In this document: positions 50,341-59,435 of the stretch, one piece after another
Position numbering within the stretch: the first letter of the stretch is position 1
How the letters are laid out: every line of letters begins with the position of its first letter
Assembly: GCA_024695445.1 (NCBI GenBank)
Contig: JAILIG010000117.1
Span: forward strand, 1,041-65,040
From: Oscillospiraceae bacterium
GTDB taxonomy: Bacteria; Bacillota; Clostridia; Oscillospirales; Ruminococcaceae
Direction: 5' to 3'
DNA length: 64,000 bases
Made by a program: the position numbers and the translations under genes
Notes under the pieces: model-generated
Database searches by the model: none
The model's input: only the letters and a program-made list of their open reading frames with translations
What the model was told of the DNA's origin: nothing

Positions 50341-50819
50341 AAGGAGGAATCAATACGGAACAATTCTCAGCAGCAGTATTTTGCATCTGCTGTGTCGCGT
50401 TCGGCCTTTCTTATGCAGAGGAGATCCTGCCGACAGAAGTTTTTCGCAAACAGATCCGGATCCTGATGACCTTGCTTTTGGTAACTTCCGCAGTCAAAGC
50501 AGTGGCCGGCATTGATTTTTCCGCGTTCAGTCTTCCGGAAGCAGAACCATCCTCAACCACAGTTCAAATCGCCGAACAAGCAGGAAGAATGCAGAAAAAC
50601 GCACTCTGCGAAACAGTACAAAGCGGACTGAACCGTGCGCTGTCAGAAAGAAAAGTTCCCTGTCAGGTCGTCAAAACCGATCTGCATATTACAGACAGCG
50701 GGAGCATAACAATAGACAGGGTATCTGTCAAAGGGAATCTGCTGACCGGAACAGTATATCTGCGAGAATGGCTCGGTCCGGATGCTGAAATCGTAAAGGA
50801 GGATGCTCATGCTGATTGA
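50328..50819 (+). CDS. spoIIIAF: Stage III sporulation protein AF (start codon uncertain)
   Basis: Position and N-terminal TM pair fit SpoIIIAF. The only canonical start is GTG 50328, which lies upstream of the strong AAGGAGG at 50341-50347. Confidence 0.65.
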   Translation: MPRIKGGINTEQFSAAVFCICCVAFGLSYAEEILPTEVFRKQIRILMTLLLVTSAVKAVAGIDFSAFSLPEAEPSSTTVQIAEQAGRMQKNALCETVQSGLNRALSERKVPCQVVKTDLHITDSGSITIDRVSVKGNLLTGTVYLREWLGPDAEIVKEDAHAD

Positions 50820-51348
50820 AAGGGTGCGAAATGCCCTGAAAACCGGAAACAGCTACCGTCTTGTCGGATTGCTCGGAGGAGGCGGTATGCTGCTGATTCT
50901 CCTTTCCGGGAGATGCAGCAGTCCGCAGATTCGTCAGCCGGTCGCCGAGGCCAAGCCTGAAAGTAATTCTATTGCATCTGCATCGGAATACTGTGAACAG
51001 CTTGAGACAAAGCTGACTGAAATGCTTTCCGATTTGCAGGGGGTTGGTGCAGTTCGTGTTACCGTCACTGTCAGCCGATCCGAAGAACAGATTTTTGCCG
51101 AGGAGGTGAAATCATCCAAGAGTGACCGAGCAGTTCAACAGGAATCTAAAATCATTGTTACAAAATCAAACGGTCAGGAAAATGCGCTTGTTTCCAGCAC
51201 AAATTACCCTGCTGTGCAGGGCGTTGCCGTTCTGTGCAGCGGCGGAGATCACGCAGCAGTCCGGGAAGCGGTTACGACAGCTGTCAGCACTGTTCTCGGA
51301 TTGTCCCCGGCACAAATTTATGTCGGAAGAAATGTCATGCCACAATGA
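50809..51348 (+). CDS. spoIIIAG: Stage III sporulation protein AG
   Basis: TM anchor, then ..GVGAVRVTVTVS..YPAVQGVAVLCSGGD..AVSTVLGL. ATG 50809 is better spaced from AAAGGAGG than 50803. Confidence 0.85.
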   Translation: MLIERVRNALKTGNSYRLVGLLGGGGMLLILLSGRCSSPQIRQPVAEAKPESNSIASASEYCEQLETKLTEMLSDLQGVGAVRVTVTVSRSEEQIFAEEVKSSKSDRAVQQESKIIVTKSNGQENALVSSTNYPAVQGVAVLCSGGDHAAVREAVTTAVSTVLGLSPAQIYVGRNVMPQ

Positions 51349-51367
51349 ATGAGGGAGGAACTCTGTC

Positions 51368-51949
51368 ATGAAAATGCCCAATTTGATTATCGGAAGGAAG
51401 CAGCTGATACTCAGTGTTTTGACACTGATTCTCGGCACGGCAGTATATCTGAATTATGTACTTGGCGGCGGAAACGGTCTGACGCAGCCGAAGCCGCAGG
51501 AAAACTCTGCCGTAAATACCGTACAGGAAGCAGCCGCATCCGCCAGCGATCGTTCTGCGTACGGAACAGCCGAAATGGTCAATGCAAATCTGAACAATGC
51601 AGACTATTTTGCACAGGCCAGACTCGACAAGCAGACAAGCCGGGACAACGCCGTTCAGACACTGCAGAGCATCATCGGCGGCGGTGACATCAGCAAAGAC
51701 GAAATGGTGACCAATGCGATTAACGCCGTCAGTGTCTCGCAGCTGATTAAAAGTGAGAATGTCATTGAAAGCCTGATTCTGTCTCAGGGATTTCAGGACT
51801 GTGTTGTCTATCTGGACGGACAGACAGCCAAGGTTGTGGTGGAAAGTGACGGTCTGAGTCCGGCACAGGCAGCAGCAATCAAAGAAATCGTATTGTCAGA
51901 AACGGATATTTCGCCAGAGGGCATCCGGATTTTTGAAGTAAAAAGCTGA
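51368..51949 (+). CDS. spoIIIAH: Stage III sporulation protein AH
   Basis: TM anchor. DYFAQARLDKQTSRDNAV and the C-terminal YscJ/FliF-like region (GFQDCVVYLDGQTAKVVV) are typical of SpoIIIAH. Confidence 0.8.
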   Translation: MKMPNLIIGRKQLILSVLTLILGTAVYLNYVLGGGNGLTQPKPQENSAVNTVQEAAASASDRSAYGTAEMVNANLNNADYFAQARLDKQTSRDNAVQTLQSIIGGGDISKDEMVTNAINAVSVSQLIKSENVIESLILSQGFQDCVVYLDGQTAKVVVESDGLSPAQAAAIKEIVLSETDISPEGIRIFEVKS

Positions 51950-51970
51950 AACATGATACAAATACGGCTT

Positions 51971-52007
51971 GCCGGACGGCTGAATTAACGGTTGTCCGGC
52001 TGTTTTA
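51971..52007 (+). terminator. Putative terminator after spoIIIAH
   Basis: GCCGGAC/GTCCGGC stem with a 16-nt loop, followed by TGTTTTA. Confidence 0.45.
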
Positions 52008-52062
52008 TGCAGAAAACCCGTCGTTTTTGCTTTTTTTCTTGCATAAACCTGAAAAAAGGGGC

Positions 52063-52091
52063 TTGTGTAATCCGAAAAAATCTGGTATAAT
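52063..52091 (+). promoter_or_regulatory. Sigma-A-type promoter upstream of asp23-nusB
   Basis: TTGTGT, 17 nt ending in TGg, TATAAT. Confidence 0.45.
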
Positions 52092-52170
52092 AATATATGT
52101 ATAGCCGAACGGCAAAAACGCCCCGGCACAGCCACATATATCATCAGAACCCATCAAGGGAGGAATTGAT

Positions 52171-52509
52171 ATGAGTAATCAGTATCCGAAAAAAACAAGT
52201 ACGGCCGGACAGGTACGGATCTCCGAGAATGTCATTCGCTCGATTGCAGCCGTAGCTGCAAAAGAAGTCGCCGGCGTGGAAGATCTTGCGCCGGAAAAGA
52301 ACAATCTGCTGAAGTCCGTACAGCCGGTTACGGTGTCTGTTGCGGGTGATACGGTTGAAATCACGGTCCGTATCATTCTCCAAAGCGGTGCCAGACTCCA
52401 GCCGGTTGCGGAGCAGGTACAGCAGGATGTCAAAGAAAATGTACAGAACACGACAGGCATCATCGTCTCGAAGGTTCATGTCATTGCGACGGACATTGTA
52501 TTTGACTAA
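52171..52509 (+). CDS. Asp23/Gls24-family envelope stress protein
   Basis: 112 aa. GQVRISENVIRSIAAVAAKEVAGV.. and ..VQQDVKENVQNTTG..V.V are typical Asp23 features. Same position as yqhY in B. subtilis. Confidence 0.88.
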   Translation: MSNQYPKKTSTAGQVRISENVIRSIAAVAAKEVAGVEDLAPEKNNLLKSVQPVTVSVAGDTVEITVRIILQSGARLQPVAEQVQQDVKENVQNTTGIIVSKVHVIATDIVFD

Positions 52510-52526
52510 TTGAAAGGGAAACCAGA

Positions 52527-52961
52527 ATGAATTATTCCAGACATCAGATCCGCGTGGGAGCTGTCATTTTAGTCTATCAGAGCCTGATGCGGGATGATCC
52601 CGCAGAGACGCTATATCAGATTGCTGAAGTATCCGGAGAGTTTCCGTATGATGAAAATGTCCGTCTTCTGACGGATTCCGTGCTCAGCAAATCAAAGGAG
52701 CTGGATGAAATTATCCAGCAGCACAGCCCCCGCCGTGCGCTCCAGCGCATTCCGAAGCTGCTGCGCGCAATCATGCAGGTGGCAATCTATGAGATTACAT
52801 ATGATGAGAAAGTTCCTGTCAACGCGGCTATTTCCGAAGCGTTGGCAATTTGCGAAGAATTCTCCTATTTTCCGGAGGATGTCCGTTTTCTGAACGGGCT
52901 TCTGGGAGCATACGCAAGAGGATTGAATAAAGAATCCATTCCGGACGGCACCCAGATATGA
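52527..52961 (+). CDS. nusB: Transcription antitermination factor NusB
   Basis: 144 aa. R.QIRVGAV..YQ and LLRAIMQVAIYEITYDEKVPVNAAISEALAI..FLNGLLG. Confidence 0.9.
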   Translation: MNYSRHQIRVGAVILVYQSLMRDDPAETLYQIAEVSGEFPYDENVRLLTDSVLSKSKELDEIIQQHSPRRALQRIPKLLRAIMQVAIYEITYDEKVPVNAAISEALAICEEFSYFPEDVRFLNGLLGAYARGLNKESIPDGTQI

Positions 52962-53920
52962 ACATTCTCGGCATTGACACTTCAAATTACACCACCTCGC
53001 TGGCATGGCTGGACACAGAACGCGGCGTGATCGAGCAGCAAAAGCAGCTACTTCCCGTCCCGGAAGGCGCCGCCGGACTGCGCCAGTCTGACGCCGTTTT
53101 TCATCATGTCAGACAGCTGCCCGTACTGTTCCGGCAGCTGTCCGAACGCGTCGGCACTGCCCTGCGCCCCGATGCAATCGGTGTTTCGGTATCCCCGCGC
53201 CCGCAGGAAGGCTCTTATATGCCCTGCTTTCTTGCAGGTATGGCTGCTGCACGAATGCTGGGAGATTCTCACGGCGTTCCGGTGTATGAAACATCACATC
53301 AAACCGGTCATATTCTGGCAGCACTTTACTCTGCCGGCTGCATGGACTGGCTGAATGCTGATGCCCTACCGTTTCTGGCATTTCATGTCAGCGGCGGAAC
53401 AACTGACTGTGTCCGCTGCATCCCACACGCGGAAAAGGCGGTTCAGATCGAACCCGTTTCCGGTTCTCTTGATCTGAAAGCAGGTCAGGCAATCGACCGC
53501 ATCGGGTTGATGCTCGGCCTAAAGTTTCCGTGCGGTGCAGCACTGGAGCAGCTTGCCTCCGAAAGCACATCCGAGCAAAGGATGCGTTTTCAGCTAAAAG
53601 ACGGAAGCTGCTCGCTGTCCGGTCTGCAAAACCAGTGTGAAACGATGTACCGTAAAGGTGCAGCGCCATCTGATATCGCAAGATATACACTCAATTCCGT
53701 TGCAGCCGTCATTCGGGCCATGACAGAAGCAGCAGCAGAAAAGACGCAAGCATCTTCCGTGCTGTATGCAGGCGGTGTGCTTTCTGACCGGCTGATTCAG
53801 AACGCCCTTCGCCGCACCGATCTCCGGACTGCCTTTGCAGAACCGGCTTTCTCCTGTGACAACGCTGCCGGTGTCGCTGTGTATGCCGCGCGAAGGGAGG
53901 GGTTCTCATGCCGATTCTGA
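52958..53920 (+). CDS. Kae1/TsaD-family (peptidase M22, ASKHA fold) paralogue
   Basis: 320 aa. MNILGIDTSNYTTS.., metal motif SHQTGH (HxxxH), HVSGGTTD, CDNAAG. Shorter and more divergent than canonical TsaD. Overlaps nusB and xseA. Confidence 0.7.
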   Translation: MNILGIDTSNYTTSLAWLDTERGVIEQQKQLLPVPEGAAGLRQSDAVFHHVRQLPVLFRQLSERVGTALRPDAIGVSVSPRPQEGSYMPCFLAGMAAARMLGDSHGVPVYETSHQTGHILAALYSAGCMDWLNADALPFLAFHVSGGTTDCVRCIPHAEKAVQIEPVSGSLDLKAGQAIDRIGLMLGLKFPCGAALEQLASESTSEQRMRFQLKDGSCSLSGLQNQCETMYRKGAAPSDIARYTLNSVAAVIRAMTEAAAEKTQASSVLYAGGVLSDRLIQNALRRTDLRTAFAEPAFSCDNAAGVAVYAARREGFSCRF

Positions 53921-55113
53921 CTGTCACGCAGTTGAATTGTTATGTCGCATCCATTCTGCGGGAGGACAGCAATCTTCGTATCGTGTTTGTTCGGGGGGAG
54001 ATTGCCAATTTCACGCAGAATTTCCGTTCAGGACACTGCTATTTCAGTATCCGCGACGAAGAAGCCTCTGTACGCGCAGTGATGTTCCGCGGAAACGCAG
54101 AGCGACTCCCATTCCGCCCGGAGAACGGAATGCACATTCTGGTGCAGGGTTCCATCACACTCTATGAGCGGGACGGTTCGTACCAGATTCAGGTCACAGA
54201 TATGCAGCCGGACGGCATCGGCGCACAGGCACTCGCCTTACAGCAGCGCCGTGAAAAGCTCGCAAAACTTGGTTTTTTCGATCCGGCACACAAAAGGCCT
54301 CTGCCGCATATGCCGAAAAAAATCGGCATTGTCACCTCGCAGAGCGGCGCTGCCCTGCAGGATATGCTGCAAATTCTTAGCCGCAGATACCCGATCGGTG
54401 TCGTAAAAGTCTATCCCGCACTTGTGCAGGGCGAAGCTGCACCGCAGTCGATTTCTGATGCTATAAGGCAAGCCGGCGATGACGGCTGTGATATCATTCT
54501 GATGGGGCGCGGCGGCGGCTCAAATGAAGACCTTTCTGCCTTTCAGTCGGAAGCAGTGGCAAATGCTGTATTTTCATCCCCCGTGCCGGTCGTCAGCGCA
54601 GTCGGACATGAAACCGACCACTGCATCGCGGATGAAGTCGCCGATCTGCGTGCGCCGACACCTTCTGCGGCGGCTGAGCTTGCGGTTCCGGATATTGCAG
54701 TCCTGCGCAGGACACTTTCTCTGCAAAAGGACAGGCTGAAACAAGCAGCAGAAGTCCTGCTGAAGCAGTCTGCCGATCAATTGAATGAAGCCCGCAGCAG
54801 ACTCCGGCTCCAGTCCCCCATGCACTGTCTCACCCTCAGACAGGAACAGCTATCCGCTCTGCGGCAAAAAATGCAGGAAGCTGTCAGGCGGTTTCTTGCA
54901 AAACACGAACAGACACTGATGCTCCAGACCGGAAAGCTGGAGGCGGTCAGTCCGGTTGCAGTGCTGCACCGCGGATACGCACTTGTTTACCGCGATCAAT
55001 CACTTGCACGGGATGCGTCTGCGCTGAGCCGCGGTGATCTGCTTCAGATCCGGCTCGCAAGCGGAACCGTCACCGCACAGGTTACAGATATTTCCGGAGG
55101 AACAACCGCATGA
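53908..55113 (+). CDS. xseA: Exodeoxyribonuclease VII large subunit
   Basis: 401 aa. OB-fold N-terminus (VRGEIANF..SGHCYFSIRD), IGIVTSQSGAALQD, RGGGS.EDL, GHETD. Confidence 0.92.
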   Translation: MPILTVTQLNCYVASILREDSNLRIVFVRGEIANFTQNFRSGHCYFSIRDEEASVRAVMFRGNAERLPFRPENGMHILVQGSITLYERDGSYQIQVTDMQPDGIGAQALALQQRREKLAKLGFFDPAHKRPLPHMPKKIGIVTSQSGAALQDMLQILSRRYPIGVVKVYPALVQGEAAPQSISDAIRQAGDDGCDIILMGRGGGSNEDLSAFQSEAVANAVFSSPVPVVSAVGHETDHCIADEVADLRAPTPSAAAELAVPDIAVLRRTLSLQKDRLKQAAEVLLKQSADQLNEARSRLRLQSPMHCLTLRQEQLSALRQKMQEAVRRFLAKHEQTLMLQTGKLEAVSPVAVLHRGYALVYRDQSLARDASALSRGDLLQIRLASGTVTAQVTDISGGTTA

Positions 55114-55310
55114 AATATGAAGAAGGAATGCAGCGTCTCACAGAGATTGTTGCGAAGCTGGAGGAAGGCGGCCTGCCGCTTGAGGATGCGGTAACGCTTT
55201 ACTCCGAAGGTGCAGCGCTTGCTGCAGAATGTGAAAAGGAACTGAATCATGCCCGTCTGAAAATTGAAGGGATCGGGAACGCTTCCGATACAAGTACGGA
55301 AGAATCATGA
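55110..55310 (+). CDS. xseB: Exodeoxyribonuclease VII small subunit
   Basis: 66 aa. YEEGMQRLTEIVAKLEEGGLPLEDAVTLYSEG. Overlaps the xseA stop. Confidence 0.9.
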   Translation: MKYEEGMQRLTEIVAKLEEGGLPLEDAVTLYSEGAALAAECEKELNHARLKIEGIGNASDTSTEES

Positions 55311-55350
55311 TTGACGGACACTGCCGATGCAGTGCCGCACGGAGCAAAAC

Positions 55351-57273
55351 ATGAATAAAGAACGGCAATTCAGTGTCAAGCGGCAGACCGCCTTACAGGA
55401 TCTGAAGCTTCCGGACGATCTGCGGACACTTGACCATACACAGTGCATCGCACTCTGCGAGTCCATCCGGCGTATTTTAATCAGTACAGTGCTGAAAACC
55501 GGCGGACATCTCGCATCGAATCTCGGTGTCGTGGAACTGACACTGGCGTTGCACAGAAACTTTCATTCCCCGCAGGACCGCATCATATGGGATGTCGGTC
55601 ATCAGGCTTATGTTCATAAAATCCTGACAGGAAGAGTCGGCGAATTCCAGACACTCCGGCAGGAAAACGGTCTCTCCGGCTTTCCGAAGCCATCAGAATC
55701 GCCCCACGACTGCTTTATCACCGGTCATTCCAGCACAGCAGTTTCCGCTGCATTCGGCATAGCGGAGGCGTTCCGGATTCAGGGAGATCCGCACTATGCG
55801 GTAGCAGTCGTCGGTGACGGTGCCATGACCGGCGGATTGTTCTACGAAGGTCTGAACAATGCCGGAAAGAGCCGCTCGAAGCTCATTGTGATACTGAACG
55901 ACAACAATCAGGCCATCTCCAAAAATGTCGGAGCGATTGCCAAATACCTCTCAAAAATCCGCAGCAGCACCGGCTATGTCCGTGCAAAATGGAGTGTTGA
56001 GCGCGTCATCGGCAAAACGCCGGCAATCGGCAGCAAACTGGTCAGCGGTCTGAAGAATACCAAAGACCGTCTTCGCAAAAACATCGTACAGACCACCCTG
56101 TTTGAAGATCTCGGATTTGTGTATCTAGGCCCGGTAGACGGCCATGATCTGGAGGCACTCGACGAGGTACTGTCGGTCGCCAAAAGCTATCAGCGTCCGG
56201 TCGTTGTCCATGTCCAGACAATCAAAGGCAAAGGCTACGCTCCGGCGGAAGAAAACCCCGGAGAATATCATGGCGTTCCCCGCACATCATCCAGCGGGAA
56301 CGGCCTTTCTCGGATTGACCTGGATGAAAAAAACCCGGAAGTCTCCGTTGACGAATGCTATTCAACCGTATTCGGCAAAGCGCTGACAGCGCTCGGAAAA
56401 CGAGATCAAAAGCTCTGTGCGGTTACAGCCGCGATGAAATATGGCACCGGATTACAATTTTTTGCGGCTGCACATCCCGACCGATTCTTTGATGTCGGAA
56501 TAGCAGAACAGCACGCCGTTACCTTCTGTTCTGCACTGGCGTCAATGGGAATGCTTCCGGTATTTGCTGTGTATTCTACATTTTTGCAGCGGTCATACGA
56601 CCAGATTCTGCATGACACAGCAATTGCTGACAACCATATCGTGCTGGCTGTGGACCGTGCCGGCATTGTCGGCGAAGACGGCGAAACACATCAGGGAATG
56701 TTCGATATCCCGATGCTGACAACCATTCCGAATGTCAAAATTTATTCTCCGGCTTCCTATCCGGAACTGGAGGTCTGCCTTTCGGCGGCACTCTATCAGG
56801 ATCAGGGTATTGCCGCAGTGCGATATCCGCGCGGTAGTCAGCCGGTGAATATTCCCCTGCCCGCTGAAACAGTCCTGTCCCACCAGGACGGCGGCGGCAT
56901 TTTACTGATTACATTCGGCCGCATCTCTGCCAATGCTTCTAAGGCCATTCGGATTTTGCACGAAAACGGGACGGCCTGCAGTCTGCTGCGGCTTGTGACG
57001 GTGTTCCCGATTCCGGAAACAGCAATCCGCATTGCCATGCAGTACCAAAGCATCCTCTTCCTGGAAGAAAGCGAAGCATCCGGCGGCATCGGCGAAAAAA
57101 TGGCTGCGAAACTGCTGTATTCCGGCTGGAACGGATCATTCCGATGTCGTGCAGCAGAAGGCTTTATCCGGCAATCGACTGCGGATCGCTGTATCGAACA
57201 GCTTGGCCTTTCCACCGATGACATTGTCCGCCTGGTCAAAGAAACGGAGCAAAATGATGACAGAACGCCTTGA
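55351..57273 (+). CDS. dxs: 1-deoxy-D-xylulose-5-phosphate synthase
   Basis: ATG 55351. GGHLASNLGVVELTLALH, WDVGHQAYVHKILTGR, GDGAMTGG, EQHAVTF motifs. Confidence 0.95.
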   Translation: MNKERQFSVKRQTALQDLKLPDDLRTLDHTQCIALCESIRRILISTVLKTGGHLASNLGVVELTLALHRNFHSPQDRIIWDVGHQAYVHKILTGRVGEFQTLRQENGLSGFPKPSESPHDCFITGHSSTAVSAAFGIAEAFRIQGDPHYAVAVVGDGAMTGGLFYEGLNNAGKSRSKLIVILNDNNQAISKNVGAIAKYLSKIRSSTGYVRAKWSVERVIGKTPAIGSKLVSGLKNTKDRLRKNIVQTTLFEDLGFVYLGPVDGHDLEALDEVLSVAKSYQRPVVVHVQTIKGKGYAPAEENPGEYHGVPRTSSSGNGLSRIDLDEKNPEVSVDECYSTVFGKALTALGKRDQKLCAVTAAMKYGTGLQFFAAAHPDRFFDVGIAEQHAVTFCSALASMGMLPVFAVYSTFLQRSYDQILHDTAIADNHIVLAVDRAGIVGEDGETHQGMFDIPMLTTIPNVKIYSPASYPELEVCLSAALYQDQGIAAVRYPRGSQPVNIPLPAETVLSHQDGGGILLITFGRISANASKAIRILHENGTACSLLRLVTVFPIPETAIRIAMQYQSILFLEESEASGGIGEKMAAKLLYSGWNGSFRCRAAEGFIRQSTADRCIEQLGLSTDDIVRLVKETEQNDDRTP

Positions 57274-58015
57274 CTGTGCCCTGACAGCCCGCGGTTTTTG
57301 CGCAACCCGTTCCAAAGCACAGACGATAATCTCAGAAGGGTTTGTCTGTGTCAACGGAACAGTCTGCATGAAAGCGTCCAGGAAGGTCTCCGATTCTGAC
57401 AGCATCACGGTAACCGGTTCTCTTCCGTTTGTCGGGCGCGGCGGATATAAGCTGCGCTATGCACTGGCGGAATTCGGAATTTCGGTTACCGGGCTGCATT
57501 GTCTTGATATCGGTGCATCGACCGGCGGATTCACGGACTGTCTTCTGCAAAACGGTGCAGCCTTTGTCCTTGCCGCAGATGTCGGTCACGGCCAGCTGGC
57601 CGAAGAATTAAGAAATGATCCGCGGGTGAAATCCATGGAGGGAACCGATATCCGCGCACTTTCTCCTACGACAGAAGGACTTCCGGCTGATTTTGCTGTC
57701 TGTGATGTTTCGTTTATTTCCCTGACACAGGTTTTGCCGTCGATACCGCCGCTGCTCAAACCGGACGGCACAGCGGTCGTGCTTGTGAAACCGCAGTTTG
57801 AGGCCGGCAGAGCCGCAATCGGCAAAAACGGCATCGTCCGCGATCCGAAGGTGCATAGACAGGTTTTACAAGCTGTGCGCAGCGCCGCATCCCTTGCAGG
57901 GTTCAGTATCTGTGCCGAATGTGAATCGCCGATTAAGGGCGGAAGCGGAAACACAGAATTCTTGCTTCACCTGGCACTCGGTATGTTAAATAATTCAAAG
58001 GAGGTTCCGGTTTGA
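57254..58015 (+). CDS. tlyA: TlyA-family 16S/23S rRNA 2'-O-methyltransferase
   Basis: S4-like N-terminus (RLDCALTARGFCATRSKAQ), RGGYKL, DIGASTGGFTDC. The start overlaps the dxs 3' end by about 20 nt. Confidence 0.9.
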   Translation: MMTERLDCALTARGFCATRSKAQTIISEGFVCVNGTVCMKASRKVSDSDSITVTGSLPFVGRGGYKLRYALAEFGISVTGLHCLDIGASTGGFTDCLLQNGAAFVLAADVGHGQLAEELRNDPRVKSMEGTDIRALSPTTEGLPADFAVCDVSFISLTQVLPSIPPLLKPDGTAVVLVKPQFEAGRAAIGKNGIVRDPKVHRQVLQAVRSAASLAGFSICAECESPIKGGSGNTEFLLHLALGMLNNSKEVPV

Positions 58016-58902
58016 AATTTGCTATTTGCCCGAATCTCTCAAAAAAAGCCGCACATCAGACAACTGCGGAGGTGTGCGAACGCCTTCGTTCCCACGGTGC
58101 GCAGGTCTGTATGACGGCGGAGGATGCAGCGGCATTCTCTGACATAACAGTTGTAAATTCCCGGCAGGAACTGTTTGAGGATGCAGATTTTGCCGTTGCC
58201 ATCGGCGGAGACGGCACAATACTCCGCTGTGCCGGCAAACTGCTCTCCTATGCCGACGAGCGAAAAAAAAAGCCGATTCGCCTGGTCGGAATCAACACCG
58301 GAACGCTCGGCTTTTTAGCTGCGTTTGAAGCGGACGAGCTCTTTATGCTCGATCGGCTCTTTACCGGTGATTATGCGATCAGCAACAGAATGCTGCTCCG
58401 TTCAACCATTATCGGCGGGCAGCATGACGGCCTGTCGCTCAATGCGCTCAATGATGTATACGCATCGCGTCTGAACGGACGGATCTGTGATTTTGCCGTA
58501 TATGTGGATGAGCGGCAAATCGGCGTCTACCGTGCGGACGGGATTGTCTTTTCTACGCCGACCGGCTCTACAGCATATGCACTTTCGGCAGGCGGCCCTG
58601 TTATGGAGCCGGATCTGTCATTGATTGAAATGAACCTGATCTGCCCGCACTCGCTGTTTGCACGGCCCATGCTGTTTTCGCCGCAAAGAAGCATTCGCGT
58701 CTGCTACCGCGGAGCAGGAACCGGAGGACTTCGCGTCCATGCAGACGGCTGTGAAGCTGCTGTACTGCAAAACCTTGAGTCCTTCAGCGTGACAGCAGCT
58801 GCGCAAACCATGCCGTTTGTTGACTGCAAAGGACACGCTTTTTACGATTCGCTGAATGGCAAACTCATGCAGCCGCTCAAGCAGTTGGATGTGCGTTTTT
58901 AA
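58012..58902 (+). CDS. nadK: NAD kinase
   Basis: TTG start 6 nt after GGAGG, overlapping the tlyA stop. AIGGDGTILR, GINTGTLGFLA, NDVY, STPTGSTAYALSAGGP. Confidence 0.9.
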   Translation: MKFAICPNLSKKAAHQTTAEVCERLRSHGAQVCMTAEDAAAFSDITVVNSRQELFEDADFAVAIGGDGTILRCAGKLLSYADERKKKPIRLVGINTGTLGFLAAFEADELFMLDRLFTGDYAISNRMLLRSTIIGGQHDGLSLNALNDVYASRLNGRICDFAVYVDERQIGVYRADGIVFSTPTGSTAYALSAGGPVMEPDLSLIEMNLICPHSLFARPMLFSPQRSIRVCYRGAGTGGLRVHADGCEAAVLQNLESFSVTAAAQTMPFVDCKGHAFYDSLNGKLMQPLKQLDVRF

Positions 58903-58990
58903 TATCGCTTCTGAGAGAACATTACAGCGTCACATCGCATAGCAAAACAGAATAATAAGAGACAGATTATGACAAAAAGGAGGGGCAGCC

Positions 58991-59431
58991 ATGCCCAACG
59001 CAAGACATGAAATGATTTTGAAACTGATTTCCGAACGGGAAGTCTGCACGCAGGACGATTTACGCATTCTGCTGGAGAAGCAGGGATTTCAGGTGACGCA
59101 GGCAACCATTTCGAGAGATATCCGGCAGCTTGGACTGAGAAAGAAGCGCACCGCCGGCGGTCAGAACTGTTACAGCAAACCGACCGCCGCTACCTCAGCA
59201 CCGCCGAACCTGCTGAACAATGTGGTTGTAAAGCTCGACCACGCCATGAACACTGTTGTAATCAACTGTCACGCAGGATCCGCACAGGCTGCCTGCGTCG
59301 TGCTGGACCGTTTACAGCTTCCGCAGATTGTCGGAACCATCGCTGGAGACGATACAATCTTTGTGCTGACGCGCTCTGAAGAATCTGCCGCCAATCTGGT
59401 CAAAATGCTTGAATCCCATATTTGGGGGTAA
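58991..59431 (+). CDS. argR: Arginine repressor
   Basis: 146 aa. RHEMILKLISEREVCTQDDL..GFQVTQATISRDIRQLGL and C-terminal GTIAGDDTIFVL. Confidence 0.9.
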   Translation: MPNARHEMILKLISEREVCTQDDLRILLEKQGFQVTQATISRDIRQLGLRKKRTAGGQNCYSKPTAATSAPPNLLNNVVVKLDHAMNTVVINCHAGSAQAACVVLDRLQLPQIVGTIAGDDTIFVLTRSEESAANLVKMLESHIWG

Positions 59432-59435
59432 AATC

